Of a stretch of 35,496 bases of DNA, positions 1-11,069 are shown in pieces. The position numbers were made by a program, and so were the translations under genes. Numbering within the stretch: the stretch's first letter is position 1; every line of letters begins with the position of its first letter. This stretch comes from Chiloscyllium plagiosum. Taxonomy: Eukaryota. The DNA lies in NCBI RefSeq assembly GCF_004010195.1, contig NC_057719.1, forward strand, positions 22,714,252 to 22,749,747, in the 5' to 3' direction. The notes beneath the pieces are model-generated. The model made no database searches. It saw nothing but the letters and a program-made list of their open reading frames with translations, and was not told the DNA's origin.

Positions 1-1712
1 GCTAAAGGAGGACACTATGGAGGTCTTGGGTAGTGAGGCATTATGGGTGGAGCTGAGAAATAAGAAGGGTGCAGTTACATTGTTGGGGCTGTATTACAGG
101 CCTCCCAACAGTGAGCGTGAGGTAGAAGAACAAATAGATAAACAAATTACGGAAAGATGTAGAGGCAATGGGATAGTGGTGATGGGAGATTTTAGTTTTC
201 TCAACGTTGACTGGGACACACTTAACGTCAGAGGTCTGGATGGAGTAGAATTTGTAAGAAGTATCCCAGAGAGTTTTCTAGAGCAGTATTTCAATAGTCT
301 GACAAGGGAAGGGGCCATATTGGACCTGATACTGGGGAACGAACCAGGTCAGGTGGTAGAAGTTGTAGTGGGGGATTTCTTTGGGAAGTGTGACCACAAT
401 TCTGTAAGTTTTACAATACTCATAGATAAAAATGAGAGTGGTCCTAAGGGAAGGGTACTAAACTGGATCAAGGCCAATTATATCAAAATTAGACAGGAGC
501 TTGGAAATGTGGATTGGACATAGCTATTTGAAGGGAAGTCCACATTTGATATGTAGGAAGCTTTCAAAGATAGGTTAAAGATAGTGCAGGATGGGCATGT
601 CTGGTTGAAGGCAAAGGGTAGGAAGGGCAAGATTTGTGAACCATGGATGACAGGAGAAATTGTACAACTAGCTAAGAGGAAAAGGAAGCGTACATAAGGT
701 CTAGGCAGCTAAAAGAAAAATGGGCCCTGGAGGAATATTGGGAGAGTAGGACAAGTCTTAAACGAGCAATCAAGTGTGCTAAAAGGAGTCATGAAATAGC
801 TTTAGCAAGCCGAATTAAGGAAAATCCCAAAGCATTTTATTCTTATATAAGAAGCAAGCGAGTAACTAGAGAAAGGATTGGTCCACTAAAGGATAATGAA
901 GGAAGGCTGTGTGCTGAACCTGAGAGAATGGGTGAGATTCTGAATGATTACTTTGCATCAGTGTTCACTGAGGAGAGGAACATGATGAATCTTGAGATTA
1001 GAGATAGAAGTTTGATTAGTCTGGATCACGTTGGCATAAGTAGGGAAGATGTGTTGGGTAGGCTAGAGGATATTAAGATGGACAAATCCCCAGGACCGGA
1101 TGGGATCTATCCCAGGTTGCTGAGGAAGGTGAGAGAGGAAATAGCTGGGGCCCTGACAGATATCTTTGTGGCATTCTTAAATACAGGTCAGGTGCCAGAG
1201 GACTGGAAAGTTGCTCATGTTGTCCCCCTGTACAAGAAGGGTAGTAGGGATATTCCGGGTAACTACAGACTAGTGAGCCTGACGTCGGTGGTGGGAAAGT
1301 TGCTGGAGAAAGTACTGAGGAATAGCATCTATTTATATTTAGAAAAGAATGGGCTTATCAGTGAAAGGCAACATGGTTTTGTGCGAGGGAGATCATGCCT
1401 ACCAACTTAATAGAGTTCTTCGAGGAAGTGACCAAGTTGAAAGATGAAGAAAGGGCTGTAGATGTCATATACATGGACTTAAAAAGGTATTTGATAAGGT
1501 TCTCCATGGTAGAGTAATGGAGAAAGTGAAGTCACATGGTGTGCAGGGTGTTCTAACTAGGTGGATAAAGAACTGGTTGAGCAACAGGAGACAGAGAGTA
1601 GTAGTTGAAGGGAGTTTCTCAAAATGGAGAAAGGTGACCAGTGGTGTTCCACAGGGGTTAGTATTGTGGCCACTGTTGTTTGTGATATACATAAATGATC
1701 TGGAAGAGGGCA
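1..1712 (+). mobile_element. CR1-clade (HER1-like) LINE, ORF2 remnant: APE endonuclease C-terminal part plus RT, with stops and frameshifts
   Basis: ORFs 17-523 (YYRPP, MGDFSF, LDLIL, DHN), 928-1410 (KSPGPDGIYP, GNYRLVSLTS, QHGF) and 1517-1712 (SGVPQG, YINDL); runs into an N gap. Confidence 0.95.
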
Positions 1713-2232
1713 NNNNNNNNNNNNNNNNNNNNNNNNNNNNNNNNNNNNNNNNNNNNNNNNNNNNNNNNNNNNNNNNNNNNNNNNNNNNNNNNNNNNNNNN
1801 NNNNNNNNNNNNNNNNNNNNNNNNNNNNNNNNNNNNNNNNNNNNNNNNNNNNNNNNNNNNNNNNNNNNNNNNNNNNNNNNNNNNNNNNNNNNNNNNNNNN
1901 NNNNNNNNNNNNNNNNNNNNNNNNNNNNNNNNNNNNNNNNNNNNNNNNNNNNNNNNNNNNNNNNNNNNNNNNNNNNNNNNNNNNNNNNNNNNNNNNNNNN
2001 NNNNNNNNNNNNNNNNNNNNNNNNNNNNNNNNNNNNNNNNNNNNNNNNNNNNNNNNNNNNNNNNNNNNNNNNNNNNNNNNNNNNNNNNNNNNNNNNNNNN
2101 NNNNNNNNNNNNNNNNNNNNNNNNNNNNNNNNNNNNNNNNNNNNNNNNNNNNNNNNNNNNNNNNNNNNNNNNNNNNNNNNNNNNNNNNNNNNNNNNNNNN
2201 NNNNNNNNNNNNNNNNNNNNNNNNNNNNNNNN

Positions 2233-2724
2233 AACCCCGTCCAATACTACCCCCCTCGTCCGCCCCCTCTGCCCCCTCTCCCGAGTAGCCAGACTGTACA
2301 CCAACAACAAGACTGCTGCTGCTACAGTTGCCTTTGTAACATGTCTTTGATATAATGTTTTTATCGGGAACTCGAGATCTCGTTCGGATAATCCAACATT
2401 TTACTGCAACTTTTTGACAGGTTCCATGTTCGCCCTGTACAGGACAATATTGGAGAGATTATCTGGGGAAGGGGTGTGGGGGTGTGGTTTAGGGTATACC
2501 CCTCTGTAGAACTCCAGGGAAAGTGTGGAGAGAGAGAGAGAGAGAGAGAGAGGGCGGGAGGTCAGTCATTTGGAGACCATGCCTGTTTAATCACTGTAAA
2601 CAAAAGATGCAATCACTTTGGGAAACAGGTCTTTGATATAATGTTTTTATCGGGAACTCAAGATCTCCTTTGGATAATCCAATTTTCGGATAATTGGTAT
2701 TCGGATAATCAAGGTTCTTCTGTA
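2233..2724. mobile_element. Non-autonomous pogo/Tigger-type (Tc1/mariner) DNA element, right-hand part with TIR and TA
   Basis: 2700-2722 TTCGGATAATCAAGGTTCTTCTG followed by TA. Its reverse complement matches the TIR at 31210-31232 at 20/23. Internal 54-bp direct repeat; left end presumably in the gap. Confidence 0.7.
2528..2552. repeat. (GA)n microsatellite
   Basis: Direct reading. Confidence 0.9.
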
Positions 2725-3358
2725 GTATGCTTGCCTTCATCGGACGGGGTATTGAGTATAAGAGCTGTAAAGTCAAGTTAAAATTGTACAAGACATTGGT
2801 TCGACCACATTTAGAATACTGTGTATAGTTCTGGTCGCCACATTACCAAAAGGATGTGGACACTTTGGAGAGGGTGTAGAGAAGTTTTATAAGGATGTTG
2901 CCTGGTATGGAAGGTGCTAGCTATGAAGAGAAGTTGAGTAGGTTAGATTTATTTTCATTAGAAAAAAGGAGATTGATGGGAGACCTGACTGAGGTTTCCT
3001 AAATTATGAAGGGTATAGACAGGGTGAATAGAGACAAGCTTTTTCCCAAGGTGAAGGATTCAATAATGAGAGGTCACGCTTTCAAGGTGAGAGGTGGAAA
3101 GTTTAAGGGGGATACATACGGCTAGTACTTCACACAGAGGGTGGTGGGTGTTTGGAACGCATTGCCCTCAGAGGTGGTAGAGGCAGGCATTTAAGATACA
3201 TCTGGACAGATGCATGAGTAGGTGGGGAGCAGAGGGATACAGATGCTTAGGAATTGACCGACAGGTTTAGACAGTAGATTTGGATCGGCTCAGACTTGGA
3301 GGGATGAAGGGCCTGTTCCTGGGCTGTACATTTTCTTTGTTCTTTGTTCTTTCTTTGT
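2725..3358 (+). mobile_element. CR1 LINE 3' part (ORF2 C-terminus plus 3' UTR), probably the continuation of 1-1712
   Basis: Encodes MLAFIGRGIEYKS and LVRPHLEYCV-like motifs; ends in a (TTCTTTG)n tail. Confidence 0.9.
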
Positions 3359-3371
3359 CCTTATAGAGAAA

Positions 3372-3595
3372 TAAATCTACCTTCCTTTTCTGGTTAGACC
3401 TCCATGTGAATTCAGATCTGCAGCAATGTGGTTGATTCTCAACTGTTGTCTGGCAAGTTACCTAATTGTCTCAAACTGCTGAAATGTCTGAAAAAAGGAA
3501 TGCAACTGGACAGATCACATACATGATATCAGCTAAGGCACTGCAAATGACATTGGCAAACTTAGCATTGTCAACGTAGAATAGTGTTCCTTCTT
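3372..3595 (+). mobile_element. Ancient SINE/L2-related fragment
   Basis: CAGCAATGTGGTTGATTCTCAACTG resembles a recurrent old shark SINE/L2 segment as I recall it; highly diverged. Confidence 0.4.
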
Positions 3596-4109
3596 TTCAA
3601 GAGAGGCCATCTGTCCTTAACTGAGATGATTTCCAAATGATTTCATGGTAAAGAGCTTGTGATTCCTGATCAGTGGGAGTTTATCACCGCTTAACAACAA
3701 AATGTACATAAAAACAGTTCATAAAACAGTTAGCTTTGCCTACCCATTGTTATTCCTGATGCTAAACCACATCCTGATTGCACAGTTGATCTGGAAGATC
3801 CATTGAGAATTTCTTTTCAGTAGCTTGTTCAATGATGTGGGAAAGCAATGCACATTTAATAAGCTTGTTGAAAAATAACCTCCTTAAAATCATCAGTTAC
3901 CCATGAACAACAGTATCTGATCTATTGTTTGGAAAATGCAGCAAAATGTTAATGAAAACAATAGTCATTATTATAGCTCTCAGGTCAATTTATACTTCAT
4001 AATTGACTAGGGTATTGCATTCTGCCATGATAATTATTTAAGTCTGCTCTCCTTATTCTAATTTTCACTGATGTTAGTCGGGATCCTGGAAAGACCACAT
4101 TATAACTGT

Positions 4110-4706
4110 TGGGAGGCCATGTTGTGGCTGTACAGGACATTAGTTAGGCCACTGTTGGAATATTGCGTGCAATTCTGGTCTCCTTCCTATCAGAAAGATG
4201 GTGGGAAACTTGAAAGGTTTAAGAATAGATTTACAAGGATGTTGCCAGGGTTGGAGGATTTGAACTATAGAGAGAGGTTGAATAGGCTGGGGCTGTTTTC
4301 CCTGGAGTGTCAGAGGCTGAGAGGTGACCTTATAGAGGTTTATAAAATCATGAGGGGCATGGATAGGGTAAATAGGCAAAGTCTTTTCCCTGGGGTGGGG
4401 GAGACCAGAACTAAAGGGCATAGGTTTAGGGTGAGAGGGGAAAGTTATAAAAGAGATCATAAGGTGCAACATTTTCACGCAGAGGATGGTATGTATGGAA
4501 TGAGCTGCCAGAGGAAGCGATGGAGGCTAGTGCAATTGCAACATTTAAAAGTCATCTGGATGGGTATATGAATAGGAAGCGATTGGAGGGATATGGGCCG
4601 GGTGCTGGCAGGTGGGACTAGATTGAGTTGGGATATCTGGTCGGCATGGACGATTTGGACCAAAGGGTCTGTTTCCATGCTGTACATCTCTATGACTCTA
4701 TGACTC
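4110..4706 (+). mobile_element. 5'-truncated CR1/HER1 LINE
   Basis: LYRTLVRPLLEYCVQFWSP...RLRGDLIEVYKIM; (CTCTATGA)n tail; flanked by TATAACTGT at 4101-4109 and 4707-4715. Confidence 0.95.
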
Positions 4707-5700
4707 TATAACTGTGACAAATAATTCCTATTACGACATACATTTTTACATTTATCTCCTGTTCTGTATGAAAGTTATAGGCTTTGTAGCATCAAGTCCC
4801 TCAATGCTCGTTCTTCACTTACTGCACAATAGAACATCATGCATGGCACATTTCAGCTTGTTCTATGCTCACTGATGAAGATTTTCTTGTCAATTTACTG
4901 ATGATTTGATGCTAACACAGCAACAATTCACATCTCAACATCTGAAATAGCCTCTGCAGTGCGTTATTCCATAGAAATATGGCAATTCTTTTGTTTCTGG
5001 AAGTTCAGCTGTTTGAGTATTGTCCTCAAGTTTTCTAAAATGATATAACTTGCTCTGCATGTTGCATGTTTAAAGGCCATTTCTATCTGATCTGTTAGCA
5101 CCTGAAACGAGGATGTTTACACCAGCAGTACAAACATCTCTTACGTAAATAAGGTTGGATATACCCACAGGGTGAGACAAATACAAATAGTCAATTTAAG
5201 GTATTTTGGGACAAAATAAGGCATTTTGAGCAGAGGGTTGGGGGTAAGGGGTGTGGTGGGGTGGGTGGATGTTGATTCTAATGAGTATAAGAGTAAATAT
5301 GGGATGCTGATGACCATAAGAGAGCGGAGAGTCAATTTTGTTTGTTGTTGTAAGAATAGAAGTAAGATTGGGAGGATATCCTGGTGATATTAGAATGAGA
5401 AGGAATTGGGATTAGTTGGTGTCATCATAAGTTTACCTAGTGGTTGACAATCATAGTATGCACATTTGAAAAAGAAAGGCATGCAAAAGAGGTGAAAGCA
5501 GGTTCAGTCTCTGACACACAAGCTCTCCGAAAAATATAGGGCAAAAAGGCTCCCTGAAGAGATGTAGGACAGACAGTCTAAATAAGAGACAAAGTACAGG
5601 ACAGTTGGTCACCCAAGACTAGCTATTCTATAGATGGCCACAAGCTGCTGAATGTGCTTTTCAGCTCAGGTTTGAAGAGGCAATGAATGATTGATCATCT

Positions 5701-6049
5701 ATCAAGATGATCAGAGGATTAGATAGGGTAGGCAGTGAAAGTCTTTTTCCTAGGATGATGATGTCAGCTTGTACGAGGGGGCATAACTACAAATTGAGGG
5801 GTGATAGATTTAAGACAGATGTCAGAGGCAGGTTCTTTACTCAGAGAGTGGTAAGGGCGTGGAATGTTTTACCTGCCAATGTAGTTAACTCAGCCACATT
5901 AGGGAGATTTAAACAATCCTTGGATAAGCACATCGATGATTTTGGGATAGTGTAGGGAGACGAGCTGAGAATAGTTCACAGGTCGGTGCAACATTGTGGG
6001 CCGAAGGGCCTGTTCTGCGTTGTATTGGTCTATGTTCTGTGTTCCTATG
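5701..6049 (+). mobile_element. 5'-truncated CR1 LINE (second subfamily)
   Basis: ORF 5707-5955 TRGHNYKL...FFTQRVVRAWN; CTATGTT-type tail; same subfamily as 24245-24509 (-). Confidence 0.9.
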
Positions 6050-6454
6050 CAGTTTCGGATGAGAGATTGTTTATATTTGCAAACTGTGGTTGCACATGGG
6101 TTAGAGAGCACAACTTGCAATTTGCAATATCGAGAGGGAACAATCCCATTTTCTGAGTTTAGTCTTGTTTTCTACTTTGTTAGCAGCACAATTACTCATT
6201 GATGGAGCTGGCATAAAACACAGGAAATGAATAAAATTGTACAAATCCTGAATAATCTCCCAAATTCTCCCCAAATTCCTTTTTCCCTCAAAGCAACACT
6301 ATGTTCAAGTCATTTAAGGATTTGTTTGTGAGCCTTGTCATTAGTGCTGCCTAGCCAGTGGCAATCAAGGTGATGACTGTTCAACTTAAGAGGCTTGCTT
6401 CCATTACCTGCTGACAGGTTTTAGCAAGCTGCACAACTCATCCAAGTTTAAAGA

Positions 6455-6775
6455 ATAACAATGAGAGGATTTGATAGGGCACACACAGGAGCAATTATGG
6501 GAGGGAAGGGACACTAAAATTAAAGGTCGACAATGGAAGGAAGTCGCTAATGAGTCCAGTAGGAAATTCGAGATAAAGCTCTTTAACCAGACAGAGGTTA
6601 GAATGTACAATTCATCACAACAATCAGTAGATGAGATGAATAACATTTATGCATTTAAGGAGAATATATAAAAAAAAAGAAACAGATGTCATTATGGTTA
6701 GAAGCAGGAGCTGCTCATGAGGAGTATGAATGTTGAGATAGATCACTTGGGCTTGTTTCTGTGCTGTACTCTCAA
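6455..6775 (+). mobile_element. Old, diverged CR1 3' fragment
   Basis: Degenerate equivalent of FFTQRVVRMWN (LFNQTEVRMYN) followed by AFK, and a GTTTCTGTGCTGTA 3' motif. Confidence 0.5.
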
Positions 6776-7082
6776 TGGCTCCTAAAATAATATAGGAGTG
6801 TACTAGTGCAAAAGTAGGAGTGTCCAACACCTGGTGGGAAATCCAGAAGGTGAGCTGGATTTTATAAGTATATGTGAATAAATTCAGAAGCAGGAGGCTA
6901 CGGAAAGGCAAGATTGACACCTTTCTACCAGCATGGATTATAACTGGCACTGGGAACCCCTATAATGTGCCTGCCCACTGAGTGCCAGTCATCAGCTTGT
7001 TCCCATCTTTTCCACTCTCTGACATGTTACTGGCGTGGAAGAGTCTGTGACCATATGGGGACATTGCCAGAAAAAAATTGAA

Positions 7083-7378
7083 TCCCTTCAGTGTGGAAGT
7101 GGACCATTTGGCCCATGGAGTCCACACTGACCCTACAAAGAGCATGCCATCCAGACCCACATCCCTAACCTATGCCTGTAACTGTTCATTTGCCATGGCC
7201 AATCCACCTAACCTGCACATCTTTAGACTGTGGGAGGAAACTGGAGCACCCGGAAGAAACCGACAAAAACATGGGGAGAATGTACAAACTCTACACAGAC
7301 AGTTGCCCCTGGGTGGATCAAATCCAGGTCTGTGTTGTCATGAGGCAGCAGTGCCAACCACTGACCCACTGTGCCACC
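7083..7378 (-). mobile_element. HE1-type tRNA-derived SINE
   Basis: Reverse complement of the HE1 body seen at 17049 and 21773 (TGTGTAGAGTTTGTACATTCTCCCC, CCTCCCACAGTC). Confidence 0.9.
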
Positions 7379-7681
7379 ACATTCTCATATATTCCTAAAG
7401 TGTAACTCAGCATGCGAAACCCCCTTTTGGTGATTCCACAGCACAATGAGAGAATCCTAGTGTCAGTGGTTACCTACGCAGCTTGTGTGATCCTAATGGA
7501 TGGTGCAGTCTCTGTGAGTGATGAGAACCGCCTGCCTGGCTGTAACTGGGAACTTAAACAGACTAATCTTTCCTTTGAAAGTGCCTCAATATTGAGGTGC
7601 CCTCTCCTTCATTCTATAGTGTCGGCAGTGATGACCCAGAAACTACAAATAACTTATGCCACTGGTTAGATAAACAGTGTA

Positions 7682-7937
7682 AAGGTGAAGTTGCCACTGT
7701 CTTACCAAACAATAGGGCTACTCTCTTATTAAAGAGACAACTGTTGGTGGTTAAACCTGAGGGTCACCAAGCCCCAGACAAGGACAGTCCTACACAGTTA
7801 CCTCAATCGGTGCAGGACTTGAACCCATGCAGTTGGCATCATTGTGCATCACAAACGAGCAAACTAAGCTAACTGACCCTCTCTTCATAATGAGAGAGCA
7901 GTCCTATGGTGTGGTAAGATTGTAGTAACTTTAGCTT
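7682..7937 (-). mobile_element. tRNA-derived SINE with an inverted copy of its own 3' end
   Basis: Minus-strand B-box GGTTCAAGTCC near 7813-7827 and partial A-box; 50-bp imperfect inverted repeats at 7682-7731 and 7888-7937. Confidence 0.6.
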
Positions 7938-8144
7938 GCATAATCAAGATGTTCATTCTATCACCACTTTTCAGCACCTACCCCTTAGCCTTATAGGTTA
8001 TGGCAATTCAGATGCACATCTAGGTACTATTTAAATGATTTCAGCTTAGGGTTATGGTTAGACTCCCTTCCCTCCCACATCTTCCATGTCTGCCCTATCT
8101 AATCCTGTCATTGTGTGGACTGGAGTTGGACTGGAGTGGGCAGA

Positions 8145-8495
8145 GTCCGAAGTCACACAACACCAAGCTATAGTCCAACAGTTTAGTTAAAATCACAAGC
8201 TTTTGGAGCTTGGCACTTTCGTCAAGTGAAGTGAAGTGAAGTGCACACAGGCACAGAATTTATGGGTGGAGCAATCAAGGGCAGAGAGGTCAAAAGATCA
8301 TACAAATGGTGTCAGTGTCGAATAATACGTCTCTGCAGGTGACCAAGAGTGTTGGACAGTGTGAATAAAGTGTCAGTAGCTGAATAACAAGTGAAGTGAT
8401 GACCTACAATCTGATTAAATGAGGCAGAGAGATAATTATAAAAAAATTAAAATCAGGTGGTATTGGAGGCAAACCAAATGACTGGAATAACATGG
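8145..8495 (-). mobile_element. Penelope-like element 3'/pLTR fragment (distinct family) with degenerate hammerhead
   Basis: Minus strand 8195-8228 cac-TTGACGA-aagtgccaagctcc-AAAAgctt-gtg: decayed CTGANGA...GAAA core closed by cac/gtg. Confidence 0.5.
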
Positions 8496-8627
8496 AACAC
8501 AAACAGAAGCTGCTGGAACAGCTCAGCAGGTCTGGCAGCATCTCTGCAGAGAAACCAGAGGAGGGATCACCGGACCCAAAACGTTAACTCTAATTTTTCT
8601 TCACAGATGCCACCAGACCCACTGAGT
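8496..8627. mobile_element. Fold-back pair of Penelope-like pLTR fragments
   Basis: CTCAGCAGGTCTGGCAGCATCT ... AGATGCCACCAGACCCACTGAG inverted; central GGACCCAAAACGTTAAC is the 3' half of a decayed hammerhead. Confidence 0.7.
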
Positions 8628-9255
8628 CATACCCTCCCCTCCACCTCGCCCCCCCACCCCAGCAACCCCTGCCCTTGCTCTGTTAATTTGCATCTTTTTA
8701 TTAATTGATAAGCAGTTAAAAGGTGAATTGCTATTCAGTAGCCAACAAGGTTAACATGCGAAAGTAAGGTAATACATGCCAGTAACTCTAAATGAAGACT
8801 TAGCAACATAATATATTTATGTACATGTTTGCACAATTACAATGTTCTCCATCCTGCTGCTTCTATGTGATGCAACATTTATTGCTGGAGTGGCAATAGA
8901 AGTAGGTAAATTAGATCCTTGCTCTGATTGCAATGGTACAATTGGCTGCTGTCTTCTAAACTTTGAAAATAGGGAGGACTCGGCCAGGCAGACTGAGAAT
9001 TTGTCATCTTTTAACTACTGCTGGCCATGTGAAGGCCTTTGCTTGGAGCAAATACATGAATTAGAATTGGCAAAGTAAAAATGCAAGAACTTCACAATGA
9101 TGCCAATGATTTTACTTTACTGACTGCTGCGATTGAGTCAGCATGGCTAAATGTTTTATAATATGGGATTCAATTTTATTTAATTCTGTCAACAGGTATC
9201 TGCAGAACGCCTGTTTCCCTGTGCATTTTTGTTGACTAGAGAATGCTGAAACATC

Positions 9256-9575
9256 ATGATGATTAGGGGTTTAGATAGGGTTGACCGTGAGAACCTTTTT
9301 CCACGTATGGAGTCAGCTATTACGAGAGGACATAGCTTTAAATTAAGGGGTGGTAGGTATAGGACAGATGTTCGGGGTAGGTTCTTTACTCAGCGAGTCG
9401 TGAGTTCATGGAATGCCCTGCCAGTAGCAGTGGTGGACTCTCCCTCTTTATGGGCATTTAAGCGGGCATTGGATAGGCATATGGAGGATAGTAGGTTAGT
9501 GTAGGTTAGGTGGGCTTGGATCGGCGCAACATCGAGGGCCAAAGGGCCTGTGTTCTTCTATGTTCTATGTTCTAT
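9256..9575 (+). mobile_element. 5'-truncated CR1 LINE
   Basis: ORF 9256-9504 TRGHSFKL...FFTQRVVSSWN; (CTATGTT)n tail. Confidence 0.92.
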
Positions 9576-9708
9576 CAATAATCTCCTGCATGTCTTCCTC
9601 TCTAGTTTTTAACTTGGAAATCTGGGAAAGACCAGCTTGAATTCTTTCCCTTTGCCATGGGTTTTTCCTGCATTAGTGGAAAGAATGTACCCATGAGTGA
9701 TTGCAGAG

Positions 9709-10225
9709 GCATAGAGTCATAGAGATGTACAGCATGGAAACAGACCCTTCCATCCAACCTGACCATGCTGATCAGATATCCCAACCCAATCTAGCCAGCA
9801 CTTGGCCCATAGCTCTCCAAACACTTCCTATTCATATACCCATCCAAATGCCTCTTAAATGTTGCAATTGTAACCCATCACCTCCTCTGGCAGCTCATTC
9901 CATACACATACCACCCTCTGTGTGAAAACGTTGCCCCTTAGATCTCTTTTATATCTTTCCACTCTCACCCTAAACCTATGCCCTCTAGTTCTAGACTCCC
10001 TGACCCCAGGAAAAGACTTTGCCTATTTACCCTATCCATGCCCCTCATAATTTTGTAAACCTCTATAAGGTCGCCCCTCAGCCTCCGACACTCCAGGGAA
10101 AAGAGCCCCAAACTGTTCAGACTCTCCCTATAGTTCAAATCCTCCAACCCTGGCAACATCCTTGTAAATCTTTTCTGAAACCTTTCGATAGGAAGGAGAC
10201 CAGAATTGTACACAATATTCCAACA
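9709..10225 (-). mobile_element. 5'-truncated CR1/HER1 LINE
   Basis: ORF 9965-10213 FTRMLPGLEDLNY...RRLRGDLIEVYKIM; reverse-complement (CTCTATGA)n tail at about 9709-9726. Confidence 0.95.
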
Positions 10226-10244
10226 ATGAATTTGCTTGGGTGAA

Positions 10245-10355
10245 GGGCTGTTATGGTACAGTGGTGGTGTACCTGCCTCTCAGCCAAGAGTCCTGTGTTC
10301 AAATCCTACCTGTTTCAGAGGTAGGTCATAGAACTGTGGACAGGTTGATTAAAAT
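10245..10355 (+). mobile_element. Short tRNA-derived SINE head
   Basis: A-box-like TGGTACAGTGG and B-box GTTCAAATCC at pol III spacing; no cloverleaf. Confidence 0.55.
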
Positions 10356-10574
10356 ATCTTGATAAGGGTAACTAAGTAGGGAAGGTATCACATTGCTTAA
10401 TGATGAAGATGATTACAGTGCTGGATGGACAAAGGAGGAGGTGAGGATGTGTACAGAAAAAATGGATAGCTATGTTTGTATCACAAGTTGTTGTGAGGAA
10501 TGGTGTCGTGGAGCAAACTTGTTTAGACTTATCGGGAAAAGTGTGATATGTATAGCACCTATTAGGTAAATGTA

Positions 10575-10800
10575 TAACTGTACTCAAGCCTTCCTGAGTT
10601 GGCAAGGTCATTAAAGCACTTCCTGAGTTGATGGCAGGAATCTGGTTCAATGTCCTTGCTGCTAACAGTTACCTTTAGCCAGACTGCCTTTGCGACATTA
10701 GCAGGTATCTTCCACTCACTGGTGGGGGAGGGTTCTCTCTCTAGGTCCTCACATTCTGCCTGCAGGACATCAAGTGAGGCATCTTTGAAGCAGAATAGAC
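10575..10800 (-). mobile_element. Myb/SANT-like (trihelix) coding remnant, probably PIF/Harbinger-derived
   Basis: FKDASLDVL...AKAVWLKVTVSSK...HQLRKCFNDLANSGR fits the F-S-x-x-E-L-x-V-L...W-x-x-V...Q-C-R-K-x-F-N-D-L pattern of Harbinger DNA-binding proteins (recognised from memory). Confidence 0.55.
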
Positions 10801-10914
10801 CTAATGTATCAATTTTCACCAATTGCTGATACTGCACAAGACCTTTCAACACATCCAAATTTCAGTTTTGTCTTAATCCTTCACTCAAGTTGAGATTGTC
10901 ACATAATTCAGCAC

Positions 10915-11008
10915 ACTCCTGATGAAGGTCTTATGCCTGAAACGTCGACTTTTCTGCCCCTCAGATGCTGCCTGACCTGCTGTGCTTTTCTAGCGCCACA
11001 CTCTGGAC
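10915..11008 (+). mobile_element. Solo Penelope-like pLTR mini-insert with hammerhead motif, 11-bp TSD
   Basis: TAATTCAGCAC at 10904-10914 and 11009-11019; CTGATGA-A-GGTC-TTAT-GCCT-GAAA-CGTC starting at 10919. Confidence 0.88.
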
Positions 11009-11069
11009 TAATTCAGCACCACGTCAAGTTTCAATGAAGAATGTAAGAAAGGATGCAAGTGCTTCGCAA

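Noticed and set aside
1465..2350. Long ORFs spanning N runs (also 24487-24754, 25474-26071, 29386-30382)
   Set aside because: Their length comes from assembly gaps
5060..5140. miR-30 gene on the minus strand
   Set aside because: The match stops after 14 nt and there is no precursor hairpin with a star arm
8842..9078. Small secreted Cys-rich peptide ORF
   Set aside because: No recognisable family, no supporting splice or expression evidence, and the length is compatible with chance
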